NCBI GenBank assembly: GCA_951406725.2
Contig: OX597814.1
Span: forward strand, 85,622,001-85,686,000
Reading direction: 5' to 3'
Source of the DNA: Octopus vulgaris
Taxonomy: Eukaryota
DNA: 64,000 nt
The notes under the pieces are model-generated. The model was not told where the DNA came from, searched no databases, and saw only the letters and a list, made by a program, of their open reading frames with translations. A program made the translations under genes and the position numbers. Positions within the stretch are counted from its first letter, which is position 1. Every line of letters begins with the position of its first letter. Shown here one piece after another: positions 1 through 14,122 of the stretch.

Positions 1-289
1 CTACCTACCAGCCTACCTACCTATCTACCAACCAACCTATTTATTTATCCTCCTACCCCTACCACTACTAACAAGAGAGCTTGCAATGCTAGCCACCTAC
101 CATCTCTCTTCATAAATACTAGCACTACAACAATACCAAATACCCACCTACCCTCCACCAGCATCACCACCACCACAACCACTTCCGACTGCACTAACCA
201 CACAAATAATCTCTTGTCTCCTTCCTTATACACTTATTTGTTTCTCCACGTGCAGCCCTTGCCCATCAATCCATCAGTCTTAGGTAAAG

Positions 290-850
290 CTAATATGGTT
301 TCAAGGATATCTGAGTCCCTGCCAGCTCTGCTTGAAATAATTCTGTAATTTTTGGTGTCCATAGCTAATTACCAGTTTCATTCCACAATACTAGCACCAT
401 TAAATTCTCTAGTGACCATTCTTATATTTCGTTTGGTCAATGATCAACAATGTTAGTATATTGTGGCCAAATTCTAATGTAGGCTGAAGAATGAAGACCA
501 ATGTATGACGGAAAAGACTTTTACGCACCAACAGCACTCTACAGACAATACATTCACTAAACCTGTTTCATTCTTTTGAGACAGTAAGGTTTTTAGTATG
601 CTCAATATGAAGCAAATATACATGAAAGACTTCTTTATTGCTTAGTTGCTGGACTTTCTACTGTAAGCCTGTCAAAGGAGTTTAGTAAATTATTATCTAA
701 GGGAATGGATCCTTTTCTTTCAGAATACCTGATTTCTTCATTAGCAATTTAGTAGAGCTATTTTATTATTTCTTATGAACTGTCGTCTCTCATAGCTACT
801 TTCTTTGGTAATTAATACAAATTTACTAGCATTAATCTAGACTAACATTC
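290..850 (-). pseudogene. Highly degraded Penelope-like element relic (GIY-YIG region)
   Basis: Minus-strand translation near 480-560 gives CIVCRV..PSYIGL..IRI, resembling a GIY-YIG motif; many stops. Confidence 0.3.
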
Positions 851-1006
851 CATATTTTTTACGCGTGACTGTACAGTGGAAAAATTATGGAGCTACACAT
901 TTACAAGGATTTTTTTTCTTTAGCAAAACAGCTTTTCATATATCCATCTTGTTCAAATTTCCATACCGAGTTCATTTTGAGAGGCAGTATTCCTGCTCTA
1001 ATCCTC

Positions 1007-1170
1007 ATACATACATACATACATACATACATACATACATACATACATACATACATACATACATTCATACATATATACATACATACATACATACATACAT
1101 ACATACATACATACATACATACATACATACACACACACACATACATATAGATAGATAGATATAGATAGAT
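1007..1170. repeat. (CATA)n/(GATA)n microsatellite
   Basis: Direct tandem repeat. Confidence 0.95.
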
Positions 1171-2081
1171 ATATTGCTTATAATTAGTTAGTAATTAGTG
1201 AAAATGCTTTGGATATACTTTAATAGTACTGGGATGTTTTTTTTTAGTTTTGGTGTTTCTGTAATTACCGCAAAGTTTATTACGACTGAACCTATCAAAC
1301 ACAAGCAACAGTTCGACGAATGAACAGAATACGTTCTGGAATTTCATCAGACTAAAAGAGGAAGTTTGAAGTGTTCAAAGTGGAATGGTAAAGAATAAAT
1401 ATAATTTCACAATTACTATCTCCATTTTCTCTTAATCTTTATAATTTTAGTTGTATGCGAATGGTATTCCGTGTAAGATTGTTAGCATAGAAGAGTGTTT
1501 GACATAAGCGGAACATTTGTAGGGAGAATGTCTTCATTGGATTTTTCTTTGGCCGATTCATTTTGATAGGGTCTGTTTACTTGACTTTTCATTGCCAGAG
1601 GTATTCTGTTCTGGGTGATCAACGTACTAATGTATAATCAACGTTGTGTGACTAATTTCCATTATTTTTCATTAACAAATAAAACACGCAATAGAAGGGT
1701 CCTACTCAAGAGAAATTCAGTTTTATAAGACAGCACTACTTAACATGGTTAACATCACGACACTCTGCTATCCCGAGGGTATAATAGGCTGAACATAGAA
1801 GCTATTGTTTTATTGCAGCTAAAAGTTGCACGCAGTCATATGCTATATTAAAAAAAATATTAGCCACACATTTGACATAACACCATTTATTTTAGTTAAC
1901 TACTTTTTCCTTTTACTCTTTATCCTCTCATGTATTCTCTCCCAAAACTTCTTTCGCACTTTCTTAATTATCACCTACCTATTTGTATTTTTTCTGGTAT
2001 TTCTTCAAATGATAGAAACTTGTGAATGCCATGGCTACTATCTCTTTTTTTGGAAAAAGAACACTTGATTTTAAAACATTT

Positions 2082-2427
2082 GTTGTTGAGACCCCCTTCG
2101 GCCATGACTGACCGTTGGCATTGCACCTAGAAAGTTACCCTCCCAGACACAAGTCCGGGCAAGGTTGTTAATGGAAGACTAGCAGTCGCCTATGCATTCC
2201 AGCCTCCCCTCTCCACGCCACCAGTTTTATCCAAGGGAAAGGCAAAGGGGCCGATGCAGCTTGACACCTGTGACGTCGCAACTAATTTCTACAGCTGAGT
2301 GAACTGGAGCAACGTGAAATAAAGTGTCTTGCTCAAAAACTCAACACGCAGCCCGGTCCGGGATTCGAACTCACAACCTCACGCTCGTAAGCTCGACGCT
2401 CTCACCACTGAGCCGTGCGCCCTCACA
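2082..2427 (-). mobile_element. Full-length tRNA-derived SINE (family C, CORE-like body)
   Basis: Minus strand head GGCGCACGGCTCAGTGG (A box) and GAGTTCGAATCCC (B box); body TTGAGCAAGACACTTTATTTCACGTTGCTCCAG; (CAA)n tail; 11-bp TSD TTAAAACATTT at 2071-2081 and 2428-2438. Confidence 0.9.
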
Positions 2428-3766
2428 TTAAAACATTTATTCAAGATATATAGTATAAGAACATCGGGTCTTTTGTTTCTGTCAGAGATTGTATCAGGAG
2501 CTAAAGTAAAATATAGCAATAATGGCTAACAAAGTCGAAAAACCATCGTGTCTGCTTCAATGACTTTTAAAGAATAGAGCAACTGAAAAGCGAAATGTGA
2601 CAGAGCGCTAACTGAATCGAATAATATTTACATACAGTCTCTACGTTTTCGACCAGCCGTTTCGATATCACACAGGTCTAACCCAGCTCCAGGAGAGATT
2701 AGCAGGGTTATTCTACTGTAGTAACAACAGCAACAATAATAATTGCAACAACGAGTTAATTAAACCTCTTTGTGGTCGTTAATCCTTCTAGAAATGACAA
2801 AGTTTCCCCCAGATCTTCGCCCAAGTATCTTAAACAAGCAAAGACATATTGAATAATTCTGGGATGGTTACGGTTGAAACATCTTTGATCATATGTATAC
2901 TGTATACTTGATCAGCTTTGACATGAGGCTAAACAACTACGACTATTACATCATAACCAACAATAATAACGATAGCATTTGAAACCAAGTATATCAAAAT
3001 TTCATCGTCAACACCTTGACAGTTCATCGACAACAAATAGAAGTATGGCCAAATGATAAAACTTTTGGATAACAAGTATGTTAGATAACAAAAAGTCCGA
3101 TCATATTTAATATTCTCACCACAAATTTCCTTCATGTAAAATGACTGGCAGCGAAATAATTAATACATGAACGTAATGTATAATTTATATTGTGTTGTAT
3201 TTAATTTGGTTCTACATCAATAAAACACATGGAAGATCAATAGCTCTTTACTCATATTTGAAATTCTTTTCAAATTTTCGTTCAATTTTGAAGGAAAATC
3301 TCAAACATTTTTGATCACTTTTTGTTTTCTTTGCTATGTTGATAACAAAGCATTCGTCACCATCATGACATCAAAATACAGAGCAAAAATGTAGAGAAGT
3401 ATGTAAGAGAAGCATTTTTCAAGTGACATAATACGATAGTTTTGTAGAAAGAAAAATGTTGTATTGTATAACATATTAGAGGGGGAAATTATTTCGTTGA
3501 AGTTTGTTGAATCAATGAAAACGAAGTTACGTGCTTGGAAAGTCAAAAATCTATATACATGCAGAGCGGATCATTGCTGAAAAATAATTGGCCAAAGATT
3601 AAGAATACAAATATGATGTAACAATAAAAAGATAGGAAAAATATTCTACTATGATATGAAGAGATTGAGAAAAGATAAAAGAAAGACATGGACGTAACGA
3701 AATCTCGATGTAGAATACGAAATCAGGGAGTAAGAAATAAACTCGATGAACTAAATGACATTTTGG

Positions 3767-3797
3767 TAATAATAATAATAATAACAACAACAACAAC

Positions 3798-3870
<73 letters not shown>

Positions 3871-3873
3871 GTG

Positions 3874-3918
<45 letters not shown>

Positions 3919-3970
3919 GCAGCAACAGCAGCAGCAGCAGTAGCAGCAGTAGTAATAGTAGTAGTAATAA

Positions 3971-4023
<53 letters not shown>
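3767..4023. repeat. Compound (AAT)n/(AAC)n/(CAG)n/(TAG)n microsatellite
   Basis: Direct tandem repeats. Confidence 0.95.
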
Positions 4024-4024
<1 letters not shown>

Positions 4025-4027
4025 AAA

Positions 4028-4468
4028 TCTTTTCTACTACAGGCACAAGGCTTGGGATTTTGTACGGAGGGGCTATTCGATTACATTGACCCCTGCGCTC
4101 GACTGGTTCTTACTTTATCGACTCCGAAAGGATGAAAGACCTCGGCGGAATTTGAACTCAGAATGTAAAGCCGGACGAAACGCCGCTAGCCTTTTGTCCG
4201 GTGTGCTAACGATTCTGTCATTTCACCATCTTAGCAATGACTACAAATTTGGATTGAGAAAATTTGTTGATTAAATTTAGATCGAGGAGATTAGTCGATT
4301 AGATCAACCCATAACTTATATAAAGTACCAGTGCTTGACTAGTACTTTACTTTATCAATCCTGGAAGGATAAAAATCTAAGTATACTGTGGCAAGATTTG
4401 AACTCAGAATATAGAATCATTACAAAATGAACTTATGCATTTTGTCTGATGCTCTAACTATTCTGCCT
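4028..4468 (-). mobile_element. Two adjacent copies of tRNA-derived SINE family A
   Basis: CTCGGCGGAATTTGAACTCAGAA and GCTAACGATTCTG motifs shared with copies at 23.1-24.0, 41.3-42.0 and 63.0-63.5 kb. Confidence 0.75.
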
Positions 4469-5555
4469 TACGTTTGACAACATAAAGAAGCTATTTTATG
4501 GTGCCAAAACTGAAGGAAAATTTGAAAAGAAATTCAAATATGGATGCCAGAAAAATATGTCCTGTGTATCACATGAGATATACAGGATAGGAAAAGGATT
4601 AATAAACATGCTGTATTTTCTTGAATGAAGAGTGAATCCCGAAACGTTAGAATTCTGTTATTTCTTGTTACACAAGTTTATTCTATTTTAAAGTGTTTAT
4701 TTTTTAGCAACCCCCCCTTCACCCCACCCCACCAAAAAAAAACTCAGAGTAAATTAAACGCAATGATGGCTGTGGAACTTTTATAGTTACATACATTTGA
4801 TATAAATATGAGTGTTTTGGAAGTCATTACTCTTTACTTCATCTTTATATTCAAATATCTCAAACAGGTTCTTATCAAACATATATTATATATTATGTTA
4901 ATAACAATAGGTACTATATTTAAACCTTAACATCACGAATAACGTGCCCACTGTCGTTAATTAAAATTACTGAGCCGACTTCATTCTGTTACTGTAAAAC
5001 GCATAGGCATACAACTTCAAATATGTTTCTTATCTTCCAACAAACATCTATTGAAAAAGTATATCTTTCTCCTCTATCGGGTTTCATCTGTTGCCATACA
5101 CTGCAGATGACATAAGGAACTATTTTCATTCTTCACTTTTATACTGAATGTAAAATGTGCATTTTCCAGAAGAACCGACATTTATTTGCTCGCCTTTCGT
5201 GTTTAATTAGCTGCAATTTATAGCAGCCCCTTTTGCTACCCTTAAGCTTTTTGCTTGCCGTGTGTGAGGTTTTCCTTCAATTTTCAGATATGTTCGTAGA
5301 TGTAGGCGAAACATAGCATGAGAGAAACAGCAGCAATATTATCTATCACTTTCAGTTCACACATCTACTAGATAAATACTGACAACGTACTTATAACGTA
5401 TGTTGCCCTAGGAAGCTGAGCTGTGGCGATTCAAACACCGTTTGCTATATAGATTCCAGCAGCTACAGAGAGACAGCGCGTTAGAATATATACTCAATCA
5501 TACACATAAATATACATTATTACACATGTTTACATATGCATATCCATATACGTAT

Positions 5556-5616
<61 letters not shown>

Positions 5617-5921
5617 GTGTGTTGTGTGTGTATGTGTGTGTAAATATATCAGCTTCGGTTGACGAAAGAGTATGCATGTGTAAATATATGCGAATACATA
5701 CATATTTAATCAAATATGTATGCATATATAATAATATATCTATTCATAAATAAATACAAGTCTTTCTACTTACCCGCCTACCCATCCACTTGCCTACCTA
5801 CCTACCTACCTACCTACCTACCTACCTACCTACAACCTATCTGAAAGCATATAAAACAAGCATATGGATGCATATACACGTGCGCTCACACACACATGCA
5901 CATACAAATGTAGGTATATGA

Positions 5922-5970
<49 letters not shown>

Positions 5971-6043
5971 TACACATATATATACATACATATATTTATA
6001 TATATACATATATACACACATATACTGGTCTCGTGTTTCTTAT

Positions 6044-6193
<150 letters not shown>

Positions 6194-6554
6194 TAAAAAG
6201 AACAACAACAAAAACGACTAAAACAACGACGACGACAACGGATCCGATGGCGAGAACGACAACAACAACAACTCAACAAAGACACCAGCAAAAGCCAATA
6301 AAAAAAGAAGAAAAAGAGTAAAGTAAAGAAAAGAAAGAAAAAAGGAGTTGCAATACGACGCTTTCATATATTGCCGCTGTAAACAGCAATAGAATTTCTT
6401 CAGCAGACGGAGACTGTCGAGTGTGCTATCTTTTGTAGTCTCAGTGACACGTTCAGCCACTAACTATTTCATTTCGACTGTCGGTCAACACATGATAAGC
6501 TTTTTGCCTTAATAGAAGCTCAGGCTGGCTGATGGAGATCTGTGATCTAATTGG

Positions 6555-6605
<51 letters not shown>

Positions 6606-6885
6606 TATATAGATATATATATGCATGCATATATATATCTATATATATGTACATGTATGAGTGAGTGTATGCATATTTATGTATGTACACACACACATAT
6701 ATATATATGTGTGTGTGTGTGTGTAATATAATATTTATGTGTGTGTGTGCGCGCGTGTGTATCAGTGTGTGTGTGGTGTGGGCATGTTAGTGTTTGTATG
6801 TGTGTATTTTGTACATTTACTTTGTGGAGGGAGAAAGAATCGTATGAATAGTTTAGGTAGGTAAGTGCATACTCTTTGCATGCAC

Positions 6886-7832
<947 letters not shown>

Positions 7833-7896
7833 ATGGCGAGGCGAAGAAAAAGAAGTATATATGTATGTTTATATATTTATAAGCACCTGTAAGATA

Positions 7897-8138
7897 TATC
7901 TGTAAAATAATATGTGACAATTATTCAATAGCCAAGATAAAACTCTGAGTTTCGGCTGCCGAGGTGGAAATCCACAACACCATCTCTTCGGTTATCTGGC
8001 CAGATAACCGAAGAGATGGTGTTGTGGTTATCTGGCCAGATAACCGAAGAGATGGTGTTGTGGATTTCCACATTGGCAGTCGAAACTCAGAGTTTTATCT
8101 TGGCTACTGAATAATTGTCACATATTATTTTACAGATA
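7897..8138. mobile_element. Fold-back (palindromic) element with a hammerhead-like motif in each arm
   Basis: Near-perfect inverted arms about axis TCTGG|CCAGA at 7999/8000; 36-bp tandem duplication 7990-8025/8026-8061. Confidence 0.85.
8035..8104 (+). ncRNA. Type I hammerhead ribozyme-like motif (CCGAAGA core variant)
   Basis: Stem I AGATAA(8038-43)/TTATCT(8095-8100); core CCGAAGA 8044-50; stem II hairpin 8051-81; GAAA 8082-85; stem III ACTC-A-GAGT; GUU triplet; mirror copy on minus strand at 7931-8001. Confidence 0.6.
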
Positions 8139-8199
8139 AATTCCTCTATTTACATAATATTGAGATTTCTTTCTTTCTTTTGATAGCTTACCGTTTTTA

Positions 8200-8243
<44 letters not shown>

Positions 8244-8295
8244 GATGTGTGGTGTGTGTGCAAATATAAACACACATTCATATGTAAATAAATAA

Positions 8296-8329
<34 letters not shown>

Positions 8330-8404
8330 TGATTGGTTGATCAGAGTAAGAAAATGGAATTTACAATATGCTTTATTCATGTGTACGACAATTTTTCGAT
8401 TTAG

Positions 8405-8460
8405 CCCGCACCCGTACCTTACAGGTGAGATGCTGTACAACCAATTGCCTTGCATCCCAG
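8405..8460 (+). CDS. Candidate host micro-exon with two in-frame 5' splice sites (PHPYLTG / EMLYNQLPCIPG)
   Basis: TTTTTCGATTTAG acceptor ending 8404; donors CAG|GTGAGA at 8424/8425 and CAG|GTGAGG at 8460/8461, 36 nt apart with no stop; non-repetitive, GC-richer patch. Confidence 0.4.
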
Positions 8461-8566
8461 GTGAGGTTTTGGTTTTTTTGTCTTCGCCATTTTACTTAGC
8501 TCTGTATCAACACATATCTAAGTAGCTTCTGCATTTTAGTAATTCTCATAGAAAACTGAGAGAAGA

Positions 8567-8637
<71 letters not shown>

Positions 8638-9148
8638 ATGTATGATGTCTGTATACATATAAACATATATGCAACGGATTGCTTCAAACTGACATGTATC
8701 TTCAATGCAAATATTGGTGTATTTATTATATCATATTATGCTGTGCATGTCAAGAAAAGTAATGTGTTTAATATAGAAAGTCAAGAAATTTGCTATATCA
8801 TTTTATTGACCGAAAGTTAGTGAGCTATGAATAAATTGAAAATAGTAAGGGAAGGTATTTGTTTCTTATTTTTTCGTCTTAAAAGCACGGGATCATTTGA
8901 TGTGGAATGCAAATATTGGGTTAGATTCCTTTTGAAGCACTTTCATTTAGACTCTTTCTCAGTATCAGCAACTTTGTGTATATGCCAAAGTTTATTTCCC
9001 ACAGGGAAGCTATGATGGGGCTGAAATATCGATATTATTCTTTGAACTCAGGGCGCAAAGAATCGGAACAAATACTGCAAGGTGTCTATGACTTTAACGT
9101 CTCTGCCAATGTATCCCTTATGATGGAACTAAACTCAGCAAAACTTTT

Positions 9149-10060
9149 ATGAACTTATTCAAATTATCTAGTCTTAAAATTACAATAAATACAAATGTAA
9201 AAAGTAGTAAATTACTCCATATAAGTAAATACCATCCACATCTTAAACTGAATGAAAATACAATTTACATAAATATCGGTTCCAATCACCCAGCTGCAAT
9301 CAGTAAAAATATCGTTAACAATATTAATAGCTGCATCTCCAATCTATCATCATTTAAGGACATTTTCTAATTCTACAAGGCTGAACCATAATATAATATA
9401 ATATAATATAATATAATATAATATAATATAATATAATATAATATAATAATACCTTGAGGAGATCTGGCTTCAGCGACAATTTAGATTACACACAACCTTC
9501 TTCAGCTAGATTCATCAAATGCTAGAACAGGGAAATAATATAATTCAACCCGCCATTCAGTTTAAATGTGGCTACAGACATAGTTAGATGTTTCTTAACC
9601 TTGATAAATGCACATTTTTCTGCATTCAATACGTAGGAATTTCGTTAAAGTAAGCTTGGCATACATTCGAAATATTGTATAATCTATAAGAAGTGCTTCG
9701 AGAGAGAGCCGGTGTACAGAGCAGAAGATACAGACGTGAACAGCACAAAGAGAATATATATATCGACCTTACCGAAAACACTTTCAAGGTCTAGTTTAGA
9801 CGGTACACGTATTCGTTACAACATAAGAATTCTACCTCATTATCAAAATATATCTTACAGGTGAAAGATCAAAAATTGAAAATCTTCCAATTTGGTGGAG
9901 AACAGCCGCAAAAGCAAATAAATACGATGGGTTGTAGCAACTAATGCAAATTCTATATTTCTGAAAGGCTTAACATATTGACTGTACCTACCAATATTCT
10001 TTCTAAACAGAAAGCAAGAGACCAAGAAATTCAAATTACAATCTTTTGAACATATTCCTA
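9149..10060 (+). pseudogene. Penelope-like retroelement fragment (RT thumb, linker, GIY-YIG endonuclease), decayed
   Basis: IYINIGSNHPAAISKNIVNNINSCISNLSSFKDIF; FNPPFSLNVATDIVRCFLTLINAHF; YIDLTENTFK; NSTSLSKYI match PLE ORF motifs. Confidence 0.85.
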
Positions 10061-10499
10061 TGTCGGTTATATTCAGGTTACAAGCTGGTTAAACACCTGA
10101 CTCAACTTGGGATAGCATCCAGAAATCTCAACATCTATATCCAAGCATTCACAGCTTATCTCCCATCTCCCTTGTGCCCCTTTTCACATCATTGCAATGT
10201 CTTCTCATCCTTACTTTCCTTTGATTTTCTTTCTTTTTTCCTTCCGTCTTCTTTCCTTTCCTTCAATTTATCCTCACTTTCATTTCTTTCTCTCCTCTTC
10301 CAATCCTGTTTCCTACTCCCGTATTCCTTCATTAATTCCACACTCTATTGAAAGTTAATTCTTTGTTTATGAGCGTATCTGCTATCTGAAAACTTATCCC
10401 GTCTTACTAAAAGCATCGTCATAAGCTTTTACATATACATTCAAGATTGGACATGAACGTCATATACTATAGCTCTTCGAGTGGACTAACAAGATGCAT

Positions 10500-10605
10500 A
10501 CGAAATTCTTATGTACTGAATGCAGAAATATGTGCATTTATCAAGGTTAAGAAACATCTAACTATATCTGTAGCCACATTTAAACTGAATGGCGGGTTGA
10601 ATTAT
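10500..10605 (-). repeat. Inverted duplicate of Penelope segment 9540-9645
   Basis: Reverse complement of ATAATTCAACCCGCCATTCAG...GAATTTCGT with few mismatches. Confidence 0.9.
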
Positions 10606-11179
10606 AGTAAGATGCAGGTTTAGTCTTTCCTCATGTGCAATTCACGAGGAGGAATAGTGGGGGAGCATCATAGTCAGGTGTTGAGAAGAATTCTTTGGGG
10701 TTTGATAATGTGCTTTTGGAACGTACATGAAAATGATAAATATTTCTTCATACTGACAGACACAAGCCACATTTAATAGCGACATTGAAAACACAACCTC
10801 AATCTAGGTTCAATCAGTAAAGATAGGTTTATAAACGATCACACACATACACGTACGCGCGCGTGTACGTACACACATGCACACACACACACACATACAT
10901 ATATTTCTTTCATTTGTAACATGTGTCTTCATCACTATAAGTTTTCTATCTTAGCATTCAACTCTAACTCGTGAGAATCTTATTAACTCCACCAACGAAA
11001 AACAATGTAGTTGAAAACAAACTCATAAAGACGACAGACTAACGACTCACTGAATCGCTAGTTTTCGGATTTGAATACCACTGGAGTCACACTCCGTTTC
11101 CTGTATAACTTTGTCAATAATATAAAGACATCCAACGTGTAAATGGGTACAAGGGAAAGTTACACCAACGCCCAGAAAC

Positions 11180-11527
11180 AATACAAGCGTTGCCGACACA
11201 GACCAATACTAGTCTCTTTGGTTTCTGCCTCGTCGTGTGTATATATATATATATATATATGTATATGTAACATCTGCCAGCACCTCACAGGTTTGGTATG
11301 CTATCTTAAAATCGTCCCTTTGTGACAAAAATAATGAACAGGCCAGTTGGATAGATTAAACTGTGCTGTCTCACTTTAATTTCACTCCTATCAATTTTTC
11401 CATGTAGAAAGACTTTTCCGAAACGTTGGCAAGTCCGCTGTGCTCTCTTTTCTTGTCAGTTTTATTAACTAATACAAGCGTTGCCGACACAGACCAATAC
11501 TAGTCTCTTTGGTTTCTGCCTCGTCGT
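11180..11527 (+). repeat. 57-bp identical direct repeat (11180-11236, 11471-11527), each followed by (TA)n
   Basis: AATACAAGCGTTGCCGACACAGACC...GCCTCGTCGT occurs twice. Confidence 0.9.
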
Positions 11528-11760
11528 ATGTATATATATATATATATATATGTATATGTATATGTATATGGGTGTGCGTGCGTGTGTGTATGTGTGTGTG
11601 TGTTTGTGTGTGTGAGTGTGTCTGTGTGAGTGTCTGTGTGTACTTGCGCGTGTAAGGTCGATTTACTCGATTATACATCAGAACTACTATTATTTCGTTT
11701 AAATTTCTCTTGGTTGTGTTATTTCTATACTTTCATATAAAAACAAGCATTGATATACAC

Positions 11761-11815
<55 letters not shown>

Positions 11816-12921
11816 TTAAGTTTAAATTATTTGAATTGAAATTTCTGACATTTTTGACGTCATGTGCGCACAAGTTTTGACAACTGTTAGTTGTCTTTCT
11901 TCACTTCTGTAACAGAAAAAAGCAAAAACAAAAATAAAAGAATGAGAAATTCTGGAAGCAGAATATAATCATAATTAATTAAATGCTTTTAAAATGAGCC
12001 CAAACCACAGACTAAGGTACATAGCAACAATATAATAAATACATATTTTCCACTCGGTAAAAATGAAATTTAATAAGGGAAAATAATTCAATTTACTTAT
12101 TTTACGACCGTCCACGCCAATAAAGATAGGTAAACACACTCGGAAATGCATCACATTATACATAACACATGCATATGAACACACACCCACACACACACAC
12201 ACACATACATACATACATACATACATGCATACATACATCAATACATACATACATACATACATACGAATGTGTATATGTAGATTCGTTTAAACACGGATAC
12301 ACATAACATGCATACATGCATACATGCATGCGTACATTCATACATGCGTACAATAAACATACATATATACGAATGTATGTAAGTACATATGTACGGACAG
12401 GCGGACAGATATACATAAACGAAACACCCCACCCATATATCTGAAACTGTCAACGTGAGAAAACTCCTCAGGGGAGATAATTGTGTAATGCGGTTTTGTC
12501 ATGAAATAAGAGCTAGCTTTATCTGAACATAATCACATATAACAAACTATTAGTATCTGACTAGATTCTTGCGTGTGAAATAAACCGTAAGCATATTCAA
12601 ATGTGTTCTATCAAATTTCTCTCTCTCTCTCTCTCGCTTTCAACTTCACTCATTCTTTTACTGCTTCTCCCCAACTTTCTCACCACTTCTTCCCGTCGTT
12701 CTTTTTCTTCCTCGTTCTTTGAACATGATTTTTCCTCTATCTTCGGCACGGTTTCGATCAAGCGAAGCTATCGAAGGAAACTTGTAGTTTTCAAATGCTT
12801 CACATGTAGTAAATATATTCAGCACCTTTTAACGAGGTCTGCGAGAAATTTGTGTGAAATTTCCTTGGCGTGGTGTCAAGACTGTAAGAAACGTTAAGGA
12901 AAGAACACACACACACACACA

Positions 12922-12995
<74 letters not shown>

Positions 12996-13158
12996 CACGC
13001 GTTAAATATATAAAGTGCTTTTTCGTTTTGCTAAGTAAATACACCTGACGTCCTTCTTAATCTAAATTCCAACTCATATATATATATCAATGTTTTTGTT
13101 AACTGACTTTATATGCGTATATTTATCTTTCTACATACATGTGTGTGTGGACGCGCGC

Positions 13159-13231
<73 letters not shown>

Positions 13232-13674
13232 CATATATATATTTATATTTATATATGTACCCACACACACACATATATATGAATGCATATACATATATAA
13301 ACACACATGTATATCACATATGATTATATACATATATACACACATACGCATACACATGCTTATATTTTTTTTAAATGCCTACATATATTAAAAGAAAACA
13401 TTGTGTCTATATGCATGTGCGTGCTTGTGTGTGTGTGTGCATGAGTGTGCGTGCGTGTGTTGTGTGCGTGTGTATGTGTGTGTGTGTGTGAAATAAAAAA
13501 ATAAAAATGCTTTGCGCCATGCACAAACTGAAGCGGTTACTTAAAGATACTACACGTTTTTCCTCCTGGTAGTGACTAAAGTTAACGCAATATTCTAAGG
13601 AGTCTTCTGTATGTTCAGTAAGCGTTTCGAGGTCACAACTGTTTCGCCCTTTTAGTCTGTGTGCTTTATGTCTC

Positions 13675-13910
13675 TTTTATCTTTAAATTATTTCAGTCGT
13701 TGGACTGTGGCTATGCTGGGGCAGAAATACATCCAGCTTGAAGGGTTTAGTCGAACAAATCGACCCCAGTACTTTTTATTTTTAAACCTATGTACTTATT
13801 CTATCGGTCTCTTTCGCTGAACCAGTAAGTTACGGGGACGGGAACACACCGATACCTGCTGCCAAGCGAGGGTAGAGCACAAAATGAAACACACACATAC
13901 ACACACACAC
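13675..13910 (-). mobile_element. SINE family B, 3' half
   Basis: TTTCAGTC..GACTGTGGCTATGCTGG, GTCGAACAAATCGACCCCAG, AAGTTACGGGGACG. Confidence 0.8.
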
Positions 13911-14067
13911 AATTCGTGTTACGCGATGAATTAAAGCACGAGGAACGTTTGTATAATGGATGCATTTCGTATAATATATTACGCTAACTAAAAACGTACG
14001 TGTTAAATGATTTCCAAATAACACTATTTGGTTTGACTTTATTATTGCAAGCGTTACATGCATACAC

Positions 14068-14122
<55 letters not shown>

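Noticed and set aside
2340-2427. tRNA genes at SINE heads (also 36670-36742)
   Set aside because: A/B boxes continue into SINE bodies; no proper acceptor stem or terminator
2630-2705. Hammerhead-like skeleton on minus strand (CTGGAGC..GAAACGGCTGGTC)
   Set aside because: Two core mismatches and no convincing stem I or II
5150-5290. Cluster of YGCY motifs as muscleblind autoregulatory sites
   Set aside because: Short motif common by chance, and host gene identity is unproven
7990-8061. 36-bp direct repeat as a CRISPR array
   Set aside because: Two adjacent units, no spacers, eukaryotic context
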